Below, piece after piece: positions 53,128 through 62,980 of a stretch of DNA of 64,000 nt. The notes beneath the pieces are model-generated. The model did no database searches. It saw nothing but the letters and a program-made list of their open reading frames with translations, and was not told where the DNA came from. Positions within the stretch are counted from its first letter, which is position 1, and each line of letters begins with the position of its first letter. The stretch spans positions 640,001 through 704,000 of the forward strand of contig OY763927.2 of assembly GCA_963667665.2 (NCBI GenBank), written 5' to 3'. This DNA is from Nitrosopumilus sp. Lineage in GTDB: Archaea > Thermoproteota > Nitrososphaeria > Nitrososphaerales > Nitrosopumilaceae. A program made the translations under genes and the position numbers.

Positions 53128-53523
53128 ATGGTTAAAGAATTTTTATACAGAGGAATTCCAAAAGAGGAGTTAGAGAATACTTCTTTGGAGAAATTATTTT
53201 TATTATTCAACTCTAGACAGAGAAGATCTCTTACCAGAGGCATTAATGATGGAAAAAGAAAATTAATTGCAGAGATCAAGGATGCAAAAGCAGGAAAATT
53301 AAAGAATCCAATCAAAACTCACCTAAGAGATTTGATCATTTTGCCACACATGGTAGATGTTACAGTAAATGTTTTTTCAGGAAAAGAGTTCAAACCAGTC
53401 ATAATTAGAACAGAAATGATTGGTCATTACTTGGGAGAATATGTCATAACAAACAAAAAAGTCTCACATGGTGCACCAGGAGTAGGAGCATCAAGATCCA
53501 GTCTGTATGTGCCATTAAAGTGA
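53128..53523 (+). CDS. rps19: 30S ribosomal protein S19
   Basis: IKTHLRD, EMIGHYLGEY, ASRSSLYVPLK. Confidence 0.96.
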   Translation: MVKEFLYRGIPKEELENTSLEKLFLLFNSRQRRSLTRGINDGKRKLIAEIKDAKAGKLKNPIKTHLRDLIILPHMVDVTVNVFSGKEFKPVIIRTEMIGHYLGEYVITNKKVSHGAPGVGASRSSLYVPLK

Positions 53524-53528
53524 TTATT

Positions 53529-53987
53529 ATGGGTAGATTCAAGTACGCATTTCAAAATTATGACGCAACAAGACATGTGCGTGCATCATTAAGAGAAAAA
53601 GACATTTCACACAAACATGCACGTGAAGTTGCAGTTTCCATCAAAGGATTATCAATTGAAAAAGCAAGAGATTTCTTACAAGCTGTAATTAACAAAGAAA
53701 GAGCAGTTGCATTTAGACGATTCAAAAATCAAGTTGGTCACAAATCAGACCCAGGAATGATGTCAGGACGTTATCCACAAAAAACAGCAAAAGAGTTTAT
53801 CAAAGTTTTAGATAATTTAGAATCAAATGCAGAATACAAAGGAATGGATTTAGATAGATTAAAAATTATTAACGCAACAGTTCACAAAGGAGTTATCATA
53901 AAAAGATTCACACCAAGAGCAATGGGAAGAGCAACTGCAAAAAATGATGTGTTAACTCATGTTGAATTGGTGGCTAAGGAGATTTAG
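53529..53987 (+). CDS. rpl22: 50S ribosomal protein L22
   Basis: [20 protein letters not shown]. Confidence 0.96.
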   Translation: MGRFKYAFQNYDATRHVRASLREKDISHKHAREVAVSIKGLSIEKARDFLQAVINKERAVAFRRFKNQVGHKSDPGMMSGRYPQKTAKEFIKVLDNLESNAEYKGMDLDRLKIINATVHKGVIIKRFTPRAMGRATAKNDVLTHVELVAKEI

Positions 53988-53989
53988 AA

Positions 53990-54970
53990 ATGTCAGCAGT
54001 CAAAAATGTAATCAGAGATAACTACAACATGATGCTTCTCAAAGATTATTTGAGAGATGCAATTAAAGATGCAGGATTTTCACATGCAGAAATATCAAAA
54101 ACTCCAACAGGAACTAGAGTTGCATTACATGTAACAAGACCGGGAATAGTTATCGGAAGAAAAGGTACTGGAATAAGAGCACTAACTGAAAAACTTGAAA
54201 CAGATTTTGGATTAAAAAGCCCACAAATTTCAGTAGTAGAAATTGAGAAACCAGAACTAGCTCCAAGTGTGATGTGTAACAGAATGGCGTCTCATCTTGA
54301 GAATGGAACTGCCTTTAGAAGAGCGACAATGTGGACATTAAAACAAATCATGGAAGGTGGAGCAATGGGAGTTCAAATAACAATCTCTGGAAAACTTAGA
54401 GGTGACCGTTCAGCATTTGAAAAACACACCGCAGGAATCTTACCTAGAGCAGGACACCACGCAGAAGTTATAGTTGATGAAGATATTGCACATGTAAAAA
54501 CTGCAATGGGGTTAATCGGAATTAGAATTAGAATTGCAAGAAAAGAAAAGCTTATCCCAGAATTTGAAATGATAGATAAAAAATCAAAGAAAGTAAAACA
54601 AGTTCAAGAAGAAAAAGCAGAGAAAGTAACTGAACAAACTAAGAAGGTAAGTAAAGAAACTGAGAAGGTAAGTAAAGAAACTGAGAAGGTAAGTAAAGAA
54701 ACTGAGAAGGTAAGTAAAGAAACTGAGAAGGTAAGTAAAGAAACTGAGAAGGTAAGTAAAGAAACTGAGAAGGTAAGTAAAGAAACTGAGAAGGTAAGTA
54801 AAGAAACTGAGAAGGTAAGTAAAGAAACTGAGAAGGTAAGTAAAGAAACTGAGAAGGTAAGTAAAGAAACTGATAACAAGATAAAATCAGAAACAGAACA
54901 AATTGTTATTGAAGAAGAAAAAATGAAAAGTATAGAAACACTAGAGAATGAGGAGGCCGATATGAAATGA
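53990..54970 (+). CDS. rps3: 30S ribosomal protein S3 with repeat-expanded C-tail
   Basis: [12 protein letters not shown] domain, ISGKL; (KVSKETE)11. Confidence 0.96.
   Translation: MSAVKNVIRDNYNMMLLKDYLRDAIKDAGFSHAEISKTPTGTRVALHVTRPGIVIGRKGTGIRALTEKLETDFGLKSPQISVVEIEKPELAPSVMCNRMASHLENGTAFRRATMWTLKQIMEGGAMGVQITISGKLRGDRSAFEKHTAGILPRAGHHAEVIVDEDIAHVKTAMGLIGIRIRIARKEKLIPEFEMIDKKSKKVKQVQEEKAEKVTEQTKKVSKETEKVSKETEKVSKETEKVSKETEKVSKETEKVSKETEKVSKETEKVSKETEKVSKETEKVSKETEKVSKETDNKIKSETEQIVIEEEKMKSIETLENEEADMK
54644..54874 (+). repeat. 21-bp tandem repeat x11
   Basis: AAGGTAAGTAAAGAAACTGAG, last copy ends GAT. Confidence 0.97.
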
Positions 54971-55173
54971 CAAGAATTAGTATGAAGACCATTAAACAAC
55001 TAAATGATAAAGATCTCAAAAGTAGAATTCAAGAGACAAGAAGTGAGCTTAAAAAACTCAGAGTTGATGGAGCCAAAGGTACATTGAGAAAACAAAGCGG
55101 TAAACTAAAACCATTACGTCATGACATTGCAAGAATGTTAACTAGAATAAATGAGATGAAAAAAGAGAAATGA
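54967..55173 (+). CDS. rpl29: 50S ribosomal protein L29
   Basis: [10 protein letters not shown]; operon position. Confidence 0.93.
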   Translation: MTRISMKTIKQLNDKDLKSRIQETRSELKKLRVDGAKGTLRKQSGKLKPLRHDIARMLTRINEMKKEK

Positions 55174-55436
55174 TTACAATAGATAACATTACATCACACG
55201 AATTCATCGGATTACACACTGAGATTATTCAATCAACTAATCCACAAATCATAGGATTAAATGGGAGGATTGTTGATGAAACAAAATCAATGTTTAGAAT
55301 AAATACAAAGAATGGAGCAAAGTCCATTGCCAAATCAGAAAATAGTTGGAAATTTACAATTGAAGATAAAGATGTAGTGATTGATGGCTCTAAAATTGCA
55401 AAAAGACCATTTGACAGAATAGGAGGAAAAACATGA
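55170..55436 (+). CDS. rnp1: ribonuclease P protein subunit Rpp29/Pop4
   Basis: HEFIGL, GRIVDETK, RPFDR. Confidence 0.9.
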   Translation: MITIDNITSHEFIGLHTEIIQSTNPQIIGLNGRIVDETKSMFRINTKNGAKSIAKSENSWKFTIEDKDVVIDGSKIAKRPFDRIGGKT

Positions 55437-55756
55437 CTCTAAACATCGGATTAAAAGTAAAAGAACCAAAAAGAGAATGTACAGACAAGAATTGCCCATT
55501 TCATGGTAACTTATCAATCAGAGGAAAACTCTTTGATGGAAAGGTAACAGGTAGTAAAGCAAAGCAGACAATTACACTACAAAAAGATGCACCAGTTTAT
55601 TTTAGTAAATTTAAGAGATATGCAAGAGGTAAAAGCACAATTCACGCACATGTTCCAAGATGTATTGATGTCGAATCAGGAGATATTGTATTGACTGCAG
55701 AATGTAGACCAATATCAAAATCTGTATCATATGTAGTAGTAGAGGTTAGATCATAA
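55433..55756 (+). CDS. rps17: 30S ribosomal protein S17
   Basis: DKNCPFHGNL, ECRPISK. Confidence 0.96.
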   Translation: MTLNIGLKVKEPKRECTDKNCPFHGNLSIRGKLFDGKVTGSKAKQTITLQKDAPVYFSKFKRYARGKSTIHAHVPRCIDVESGDIVLTAECRPISKSVSYVVVEVRS

Positions 55757-56178
55757 TGGCAAAACAAGCAGGTAAAGGAGTAGAAGAATTCCGTCCATAT
55801 GTTACAAGAGTACTTCCAGTGGGAGCACAAATTGTGTGTGCCGATAATTCTGGAGCTAAAATTTTAGAAATAATTAATGTTCCAAGACATAAAACAAGAG
55901 CATCTAGACTTCCTTCAGCAGCAGTAGGAGACTTTTGTAATGTTGTAGTAAAGAAAGGACCAGCAGTATTAAGAAAACAAGTACATGGTGCAGTTATTGT
56001 CAGACAAAAATATGCAGTTCGTAGATTAAATGGTGTCAGAGTTTGTTTTGAAGATAACGCAGCAGTTCTAATTACTCCAGAAGGAGAAACCAGAGGAACA
56101 GACATCAAAGGACCAGTTGCAGTAGAAGCTTCAGAAAAATGGCCAAGAGTAGCTAACTTGGCATCAATGGTGGTATAA
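55756..56178 (+). CDS. rpl14: 50S ribosomal protein L14
   Basis: CADNSGAK, FEDNAAV, IKGPVA. Confidence 0.97.
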   Translation: MAKQAGKGVEEFRPYVTRVLPVGAQIVCADNSGAKILEIINVPRHKTRASRLPSAAVGDFCNVVVKKGPAVLRKQVHGAVIVRQKYAVRRLNGVRVCFEDNAAVLITPEGETRGTDIKGPVAVEASEKWPRVANLASMVV

Positions 56179-56182
56179 AAAA

Positions 56183-56950
56183 ATGAAACCAAGTAAAATG
56201 CGCAATAAGATGATTTATCTTGCAACATTCCAGACAAGAAGTAAACAACTTGGAAGTGCATTATCAAAAGATCTCCAAAAAAAATATGGAAAACGAAGTG
56301 TTCGTGTTAATGAAGGTGACAGTATAAAAATTGTTAGAGGGGAATTCAAAGGAGTAGATGGAAAAATTGCAAAAGTATCTCCACAAAAAAATAGTGTAAC
56401 AATTGAAGGAATAAAAAAAGAGAAAACAAAAGGGGACAAATTTGATGTTTATATTCACACATCAAATCTTCTAGTGACTTCACTCAATTCTGAAAATAGA
56501 TGGAGAATAGCAAAACTTGAAGGAAAAGATCCTAAAAAGCAGCCTAAAAAGACACTTGTAAAAGAAGAACCAGTCAAAGTAACAAAAGAAAATGCTAAAG
56601 AAACAAAAGAAGAACCAGTCAAAGTAACAAAAGAAAATGCTAAAGAAACAAAAGAAGAACCAGTCAAAGTAACAAAAGAAAATGCTAAAGAAACAAAAGA
56701 AGAACCAGTCAAAGTAACAAAAGAAAATGCTAAAGAAACAAAAGAAGAACCAGTCAAAGTAACAAAAGAAAATGCTAAAGAAACAAAAGAAGAACCAGTC
56801 AAAGTAACAAAAGAAAATGCTAAAGAAACAAAAGAAGAACCAGTCAAAGTAACAAAAGAAAATGCTAAAGAAACAAAAGAAGAACCAGTCAAAGTAACAA
56901 AAGAAAATGCTAAAGAAACAAAAGAAGAACAAAAGAAACAAAAGAAGTAA
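56183..56950 (+). CDS. rpl24: 50S ribosomal protein L24 with repeat tail; apparent frameshift, extended frame ends 57192
   Basis: GDSIKIVRGEFKG, IHTSNL; (KEEPVKVTKENAKET)n. Confidence 0.94.
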   Translation: MKPSKMRNKMIYLATFQTRSKQLGSALSKDLQKKYGKRSVRVNEGDSIKIVRGEFKGVDGKIAKVSPQKNSVTIEGIKKEKTKGDKFDVYIHTSNLLVTSLNSENRWRIAKLEGKDPKKQPKKTLVKEEPVKVTKENAKETKEEPVKVTKENAKETKEEPVKVTKENAKETKEEPVKVTKENAKETKEEPVKVTKENAKETKEEPVKVTKENAKETKEEPVKVTKENAKETKEEPVKVTKENAKETKEEQKKQKK

Positions 56951-57150
56951 CAAAAGAAAATGCTAAAGAAACAAAAGAAGAACCAGTCAAAGTAACAAAA
57001 GAAAATGCTAAAGAAACAAAAGAAGAACCAGTCAAAGTAACAAAAGAAAATGCTAAAGAAACAAAAGAAGAACCAGTCAAAGTAACAAAAGAAAATGCTA
57101 AAGAAACAAAAGAAGTAACAAAAGAAACAAAAGAAGTAACAAAAGAAACA
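56561..57150 (+). repeat. 45-bp tandem repeat (8 + 3 perfect copies) with 21-bp subrepeats
   Basis: AAAGAAGAACCAGTCAAAGTAACAAAAGAAAATGCTAAAGAAACA at 56561-56920 and 56974-57108; AAAGAAGTAACAAAAGAAACA x2 at 57109-57150. Confidence 0.97.
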
Positions 57151-57191
57151 AAAGAGGTAGTAAAAACTCAAAAAAAGGAAGATGAAAATTA

Positions 57192-57908
57192 ATGGTAAGT
57201 ATTGCAGGAAGTAAAAAACTCAAACGTCAAATGGCTCCACAGTTTTGGGGAATTACCAGAAAGAGTAAAAGATTTGTGATTACAGTTAGACCAGGCCCAC
57301 ACAAAAAGAATTATTCAATACCTACTGCAGTATTTCTAAGAGACACACTAAAAATTGTCTCCAGTCTTAGAGAAGCAAAAACTGCAATATATTCAGGTAA
57401 AATAAAAATTGATGGAGTTGTAAGAAAATCACTTCACCACGCAATTGGATTAATGGATGTGGTAGAATTAAAAAATGTTCCAGACATTTATCGTCTAGTT
57501 CCGTCAAAAGAAAAATTACTAAAACCAATTAAGATTAACGAATCAGAAAAATCAAAAAAAATAGTTAGAGTATCTAGTAAAACTACAATTAACAAAGGAA
57601 AATTACAAATAGGATTTCATGATGGACGTTCAACTATTTCAGATACTAAAGTAAATGTAGGAGATACTTGTTTGATACAAATACCAGAGCAAAAAATTCT
57701 TGAAGTAATTAAATTAGAAGCAGGTTGTCAATGTTTGGTAATTCGTGGAACAAACGTAGGCCAGATTGGAAAAATTGAATCTATAGAAGAAGGAACATTC
57801 ATTCTTCCAAAAAGAGCAATACTGGTTTTAGGTGATAGAAAAATTGAAGTTCCAACAGATATCATAATAGCAATAGGAAAAGAGGAGCCCGTTATTCAAA
57901 TAAAGTGA
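57192..57908 (+). CDS. rps4e: 30S ribosomal protein S4e
   Basis: LKRQMAP, RPGPH, IGLMDV, FHDGR. Confidence 0.96.
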   Translation: MVSIAGSKKLKRQMAPQFWGITRKSKRFVITVRPGPHKKNYSIPTAVFLRDTLKIVSSLREAKTAIYSGKIKIDGVVRKSLHHAIGLMDVVELKNVPDIYRLVPSKEKLLKPIKINESEKSKKIVRVSSKTTINKGKLQIGFHDGRSTISDTKVNVGDTCLIQIPEQKILEVIKLEAGCQCLVIRGTNVGQIGKIESIEEGTFILPKRAILVLGDRKIEVPTDIIIAIGKEEPVIQIK

Positions 57909-57912
57909 TCAT

Positions 57913-58434
57913 ATGTCTCAAACAACAGAATCCCCAATGAAAAAAATCATTTTAGATAAAGTAGTTCTAAACATGGGATTAGGTAAATCAGGAGATGTAA
58001 TTGAAATTGCTAAGAAAGCGCTAAATCAAATTTCAGGAAAAAAACCATGTGAACGTGCAGCAAAAGAAACACAAAGAGATTGGGGAATTAGAAAAGGAGA
58101 ACCTATAGGAGTTTCAGTAACAGTTCGTGGCGAAGATGCTAAAGCATTACTAAAAAGATTGTTAGAAGCTAAAGGTGATGTTGTTAAGGGTAAATCATTT
58201 GATAACTTTGGAAATTATTCATTTGGAATTAATGAACATATAGATATTCCAGGAGTAAAATATGAACCACAAATTGGAATTTTGGGTCTTGGAATTTCAA
58301 TTACATTATCTAGACCCGGTTACAGTATAAGAAAAAGAAGTAAACATAAAGCAAGTGTTGGGAAAGCTCACGTTATAACAAATCAAGAAGCAAAGGATTA
58401 TCTAGTAAAAGAATATGGAGTCACGGTAGAATAA
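57913..58434 (+). CDS. rpl5: 50S ribosomal protein L5
   Basis: WGIRKGEPIG, FGINEHIDIPG. Confidence 0.96.
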   Translation: MSQTTESPMKKIILDKVVLNMGLGKSGDVIEIAKKALNQISGKKPCERAAKETQRDWGIRKGEPIGVSVTVRGEDAKALLKRLLEAKGDVVKGKSFDNFGNYSFGINEHIDIPGVKYEPQIGILGLGISITLSRPGYSIRKRSKHKASVGKAHVITNQEAKDYLVKEYGVTVE

Positions 58435-58613
58435 TGCCAAAAGATAGATCATACGAATTTACTGGGAGAAAGAAACATGACTTTGGTAGAGGTTCAAGAT
58501 GGTGTAAAAGATGTGGAGATTACACAGCAGTTATACAGAAATATGATTTAATGTTATGCAGACGATGTTTCAGAGAAGTAGCAGTATCTTTAGGCTTTAG
58601 GAAAAATATGTGA
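58434..58613 (+). CDS. rps14: 30S ribosomal protein S14
   Basis: GRGSRWCKRCG...LCRRCFREVA; 59 aa, missed by ORF track. Confidence 0.95.
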   Translation: MPKDRSYEFTGRKKHDFGRGSRWCKRCGDYTAVIQKYDLMLCRRCFREVAVSLGFRKNM

Positions 58614-58619
58614 GAGATT

Positions 58620-59012
58620 ATGCCAGCAACTAACGTTTTAGCAAATCTATTTGTCACAATATACAATAACGAAGCAAGAAGAAATATCAAATGTGTTATT
58701 CTTCCAACATCAAAACTGGCAACTGAAGTTCTAAAAACTCTTCAAAAAGAAGGGTATGTTGGAGAGTTTGAACATATTGAGGATAATAGAGGAGGAAAAT
58801 TCAAAATCAAACTATTAGCAAAAATAACAAAATGTGGAGCAATTTCCCCAAGATTCAAAGTAAAAAATAATGAATTCAACAGTTGGGAACAACAATATTT
58901 GCCTGCATACAATAGAGGAATGCTTCTAGTTACTACTAATCAAGGAGTTATGTCTCATCATGAAGCAGTACAGAAAGGAATTGGAGGATTTTTGATAGGT
59001 TATGTCTACTAA
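58620..59012 (+). CDS. rps8: 30S ribosomal protein S8
   Basis: CGAISPRF, TTNQGVMSH, GYVY. Confidence 0.96.
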   Translation: MPATNVLANLFVTIYNNEARRNIKCVILPTSKLATEVLKTLQKEGYVGEFEHIEDNRGGKFKIKLLAKITKCGAISPRFKVKNNEFNSWEQQYLPAYNRGMLLVTTNQGVMSHHEAVQKGIGGFLIGYVY

Positions 59013-59559
59013 TCAAGTTGAAAAGTTTCAAGAGGAGGTAATAATTCCAGAAGGAGTTAAAGTTACACAAAAGAAAAACATGTTAGAATTTGTGGGACCG
59101 TTAGGTAAAACTTTCAAGAGTTTTCGTAGTATTCCAGTAAAGATAGAAATTGTTGAGGGTAAAATTCTCCTAAAGGCGATGGGTTTTAGAAAAAAAGATT
59201 ATTCTATTTTACATACTGCAAGATCAATTATTAGAAATATTTGTGAAGGTCTAGTAACAGGTTATACAATTAAGATGAAAGTTGTCTTTGCACACTTTCC
59301 AATTACAGTAAAAGTAGATGGAAAGAAAATTTTAGTTGAAAACTTCCAAGGAGAACGTGCACCAAGAATTACAAAAATTGTTGGAAACACTAAAGTGATT
59401 CCAAAAGGTGAAGATGTTGTTCTTACGGGAGAAGTTTGGACAGATATAACTCAAACCGCAGCAAACATTGAGTTAAAAACTAGAGTAAAAAATAAAGACC
59501 ACAGAGTTTTCTTAGATGGTATATACATCTATGATACAAAAAAAGGCTTAGAAAAATAA
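59002..59559 (+). CDS. rpl6: 50S ribosomal protein L6
   Basis: AHFPI, ENFQGER, DHRVFLDGIYI. Confidence 0.96.
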   Translation: MSTNQVEKFQEEVIIPEGVKVTQKKNMLEFVGPLGKTFKSFRSIPVKIEIVEGKILLKAMGFRKKDYSILHTARSIIRNICEGLVTGYTIKMKVVFAHFPITVKVDGKKILVENFQGERAPRITKIVGNTKVIPKGEDVVLTGEVWTDITQTAANIELKTRVKNKDHRVFLDGIYIYDTKKGLEK

Positions 59560-59575
59560 ATTTCTAGTTTTCCTT

Positions 59576-59863
59576 ATGACTCTTGATCCAGAATTTACAA
59601 AACAAACTACAGATTTAATTGAACAGACATTAGAACTATACAAAACATCAGGAGCTTCACCTAGAGTTGGACAAATATGGGATTGTACTAGTATTGGAGA
59701 TTTTTTGTGTGGGTTTTTTGTTGGAGAGATGGTAGGTTCTACACTTAGTGCATTTCAAATTGTTCATCACAGAGAACCCACAGCTGATGAACATTTAGAA
59801 ATTATTAATTTAGTAGAAAATTATTCAAAAGAAATTAAAGAATTTTTTTCTAAATTCAACTGA
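59576..59863 (+). CDS. hypothetical protein
   Basis: 95-aa ORF following rpl6. Confidence 0.65.
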   Translation: MTLDPEFTKQTTDLIEQTLELYKTSGASPRVGQIWDCTSIGDFLCGFFVGEMVGSTLSAFQIVHHREPTADEHLEIINLVENYSKEIKEFFSKFN

Positions 59864-59936
59864 CAAATAATTAGACTTTTGTCTATTGTGCATAGTCGTA
59901 AGAATTAAATCACTTTTACCAAGGTACAAACGTGTT

Positions 59937-60010
59937 GCCGCCCTAGCTCAGCGTGGTAGAGCGTCCGACTGTTAATCGGATGGTCGTCAGTTCAAGTCTG
60001 ATGGGCGGCG
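59937..60010 (+). tRNA. tRNA-Asn (GTT)
   Basis: Acceptor GCCGCCC/GGGCGGC, D arm GCTC/GAGC, anticodon loop CTGTTAA, TTCAA T loop; T-run downstream. Confidence 0.95.
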
Positions 60011-60084
60011 CTTTTTGTTTCTAAACTCAAATATTGAAATATTCTTTTTGAACACTTTAGATAGATTCACATATAGAATAAATT

Positions 60085-60112
60085 ATCTTTCTAAATTTGA
60101 ATTTAGAAATAT
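60085..60112. repeat. 11-6-11 palindromic site (also 60015-60042, 60725-60752, 63908-63935)
   Basis: ATCTTTCTAAA-TTTGAA-TTTAGAAATAT. Confidence 0.7.
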
Positions 60113-60200
60113 TGATCGGTTGATAGTAATTGGTTTACTCTATTAGACAATATAGATCTAATAGATGATCGCATATCTAGAATAATGCAGGAGGTTTACA

Positions 60201-60470
60201 TTGGTCAGAACTAGAAGGGCCAATAGATATTGTGTTGATTGTGGTGCAAGACTAGTGTATTATCCCAGATTATCAAACCCAAAGGCACCAAACGAGCACA
60301 GAATACTAGTTTATGCGTGTCCTGACTGTACAGAGGACTTTGAAAAGCCAAAGATGTTCTCAATTCGGCGCAACCAAGTAGAAGCGCCGCTAGAGACAGT
60401 AGAAATTGAGATCACACAGACGCAGAAAAAAACGCGAGAACAGAATATGAGAGGACCTGAAACTAGATGA
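60201..60470 (+). CDS. Zn-ribbon protein
   Basis: CVDC...CPDC; upstream GGAGG. Confidence 0.65.
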   Translation: MVRTRRANRYCVDCGARLVYYPRLSNPKAPNEHRILVYACPDCTEDFEKPKMFSIRRNQVEAPLETVEIEITQTQKKTREQNMRGPETR

Positions 60471-60691
60471 GTGACGCCAAACAAAGAGGTAACGCGTGGT
60501 TTTTGCTACCAATCATACTGGGAATTGTGGGCGGAGTCATTGCATTTTTTGTCTTACGACAAGATGATCCTGCAAAGGCAAAAAATTGCCTGTACCTAGG
60601 AATCGCGTTGATGTTAGTGGGTACAGTCTTAAACATCATCCTTGTTGCATATTTTCCAGAGTTGGGTACAGGCTTTGATGTGAACATCTAA
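60467..60691 (+). CDS. small two-TM membrane protein
   Basis: WFLLPIILGIVGGVIAFF...DDPAKAKNCL. Confidence 0.7.
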   Translation: MSDAKQRGNAWFLLPIILGIVGGVIAFFVLRQDDPAKAKNCLYLGIALMLVGTVLNIILVAYFPELGTGFDVNI

Positions 60692-60724
60692 AAGTATCAA
60701 ATGTCCTACAGGTGCAGATTTTTA

Positions 60725-60752
60725 ATATCTCTAAATTCGAATTTAGAAATAT
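60725..60752. repeat. 11-6-11 palindromic site
   Basis: ATATCTCTAAA-TTCGAA-TTTAGAAATAT. Confidence 0.7.
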
Positions 60753-60817
60753 AGTAAATCCAGACTAGTGATCATTCAAATTTAGAATCATATTGAAGAT
60801 GTGTGTGATGTTTTATC

Positions 60818-61267
60818 ATGAGCGCGTCTAGAATGCGAGACAATATTGAAAGATGGTTGATTCACGAGGGATTGTCTTTTGAGGATGTAAAAAACCCAGA
60901 AAATTCTTTTCAAATTCTAGTAAAACATGCAGGTCAATATGGAATTCCTGTAGAAATATTTGAGCCAAAAGCACAATCAGGGGTTATAGTATTAGGAGCT
61001 AAAGCAATTATGAAAAATAATCAAATTGCAAGATATCTTGGATTCAATGAGGAAGAAAAAGAGAGATTTGCAGAAAAAGTGTCAAATTTTTGCAATTCAA
61101 TTCATGCAATAAATAAAATCATCACAGAAGATGGAAAACAAAAGATTGGAGTTTATTTTGTATTAGATGACAAGGAAGACATCAATCAACACACAATTTT
61201 TGATGCTATGGACAGAGTATCAGAAATGCATGAAAAAACATCAAGATTTTTGATGAAGACATTCTAA
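60818..61267 (+). CDS. DUF2299-like hypothetical protein
   Basis: IERWLIHEG N-terminus; 149 aa. Confidence 0.55.
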   Translation: MSASRMRDNIERWLIHEGLSFEDVKNPENSFQILVKHAGQYGIPVEIFEPKAQSGVIVLGAKAIMKNNQIARYLGFNEEEKERFAEKVSNFCNSIHAINKIITEDGKQKIGVYFVLDDKEDINQHTIFDAMDRVSEMHEKTSRFLMKTF

Positions 61268-61985
61268 AAAATAGACGATTTATCAATTCTTCGTGGACGT
61301 TATATCCAAAACTTTGCATTCTAAATTATGAAAACAAAAACCTCAAAACCAAAAGAACCAACTATTTCTTCTGCAGAGTTGTCGAGATTTGGTATGGAGT
61401 AATGAATAAAGATCTCAAAGTAGCAAGTACTGCCAAAAAAGGCAGGATAACCATCAAGTTAGAAAGAGAATAACAATAATCTGATGTTTTGTCGAGGATT
61501 TACCCCCCACACACACCCTTATTTTACATGAAATGTGTGTCCAAATGCACATGCAGAGTGTAAAATTAGAATTTGCCTAAAAATAGACGTGAAAAATTTC
61601 TTTTTACAGATTAACGAAACCTCTGTGAATGAATCATTCAAATCAATGAATGGTTTTTTTGAACAGTTTCAAACAGGTTCATCGAATTCGTTTTCATAAA
61701 TTATGGATTGGATTACTCTAATGTTGGAAAATTTTTTAAAATGACAAGTTTTCTAAAAACATGCCCAAGTGTTAAACCCCCCTAAAAATTTTGTTCATTT
61801 AGGAACAATACCATTTTTTGAAAATAGTAAATTTTGATGGGGGGATGAACACTTGTGCCTAGATACAACATGCAACCCTAATTCCACCCTGGTATCCCAG
61901 CTAAACATACTCAAACTATTCTTGTCGTGCGTAAAAGCTAAACCCCTTAAATTTTGATAAAAAATAAAGAAAAAAAAGAAAAAAA

Positions 61986-62633
61986 TCAGTGTTTTGATTC
62001 TTTGACTTTTAGATCAGTTGTGGCGACAACATCATTGATACAAACTGCATCAATTTCACCTAAGCCATTGAAAACAGGAGCAATAGTAAATGATACTACA
62101 TTACCAATATTTCCATCAGCTAGGAAACTAATGTTATCACCAGAGAGACTGTGAGTTCCAGCAAAATAATATGGTACATCTTCCATTATTGCTTTTTTAT
62201 TCTTAATCTCTACATCCCCAGAGGCTTGCCATGTGATATCACGAACTTCGAGTCCAGGACACAAACCAGTTCCAATTAGAGGATCTAGATCTTGGGAATC
62301 TTGAAGTGCAACATAGTGATTATGGAATGAAGCATCGTTTGCATCTACTTGAGCTTCGCTATCCCATACACCACCATGAGTGGTAGTAACAGCTATAGCC
62401 TCAAGACCAGCACCGGAAATAATTCCATATCCATATGCACCAGTAGTTTCAATTTTGGCTTTAGTTTCGATTTTAGCCTGTTCAAACTCTGTGCTATCAG
62501 TAGTGATTTTTGCCTTTTTCACATCTAGAAAACTTCCCATAGCATCAACAGCAATTGGAGATGCAATCATTGCAATTCCAAAAACAGTAGCCAATGAAAT
62601 GGTCAGAATTTTCTTTGTGTTTGTTTTAGTCAT
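61986..62633 (-). CDS. secreted hypothetical protein
   Basis: Signal peptide; TTHGGVWDSE and FHNHYV motifs. Confidence 0.7.
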   Translation of the reverse strand: MTKTNTKKILTISLATVFGIAMIASPIAVDAMGSFLDVKKAKITTDSTEFEQAKIETKAKIETTGAYGYGIISGAGLEAIAVTTTHGGVWDSEAQVDANDASFHNHYVALQDSQDLDPLIGTGLCPGLEVRDITWQASGDVEIKNKKAIMEDVPYYFAGTHSLSGDNISFLADGNIGNVVSFTIAPVFNGLGEIDAVCINDVVATTDLKVKESKH

Positions 62634-62980
62634 TGGTACAAGTCCTAAAGTATGGTAATTTAAGTAAATCGTAAACTCATACTATCTCTGTATCATAATC
62701 AAATAACACTACAAAACAATACTTTGCAAGAAAAAAGATCAAACCTTCAAGACGGAGAACATGACTAAAACAATCCCAAGGCTCGATCAATTAACCAATA
62801 ATTACAAAATAATTTAGTAAGATGTCTGATCAAAGCGATCAAACACTAGATCGCAATTTATTTCCTAAATACATGACACCATAGCGATCATGTGACATAT
62901 CACATGTGTGATTTTTCTGCAAATTCAGTAGTTTCTAAAAATTCCGTTTCAACTATATACCAAAATAATTCAGTGTTTTC

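Noticed and set aside
53083-53128. rpl2 missing between rpl23 and rps19, and cluster ending after rpl6
   Set aside because: Split r-protein clusters are a known lineage-level feature of thaumarchaea, not specific to this genome.
54644-57150. Tandem repeats as a CRISPR array
   Set aside because: Units are head-to-tail without unique spacers and lie in frame within r-protein genes.
56455-57171. Long Phe/Cys-rich minus-strand ORFs (also 54604-54999)
   Set aside because: Antisense shadows of A-rich repeats that lack stop codons.
59937-60010. tRNA-Asn as attachment site for the integrases
   Set aside because: No duplicate of the tRNA 3' end was found in the window, and the integrases are over 40 kb away.
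62889-62906. Palindrome CATGTGA-CATA-TCACATG in a divergent promoter region
   Set aside because: Plausible operator, but it is a single short occurrence with no supporting context.
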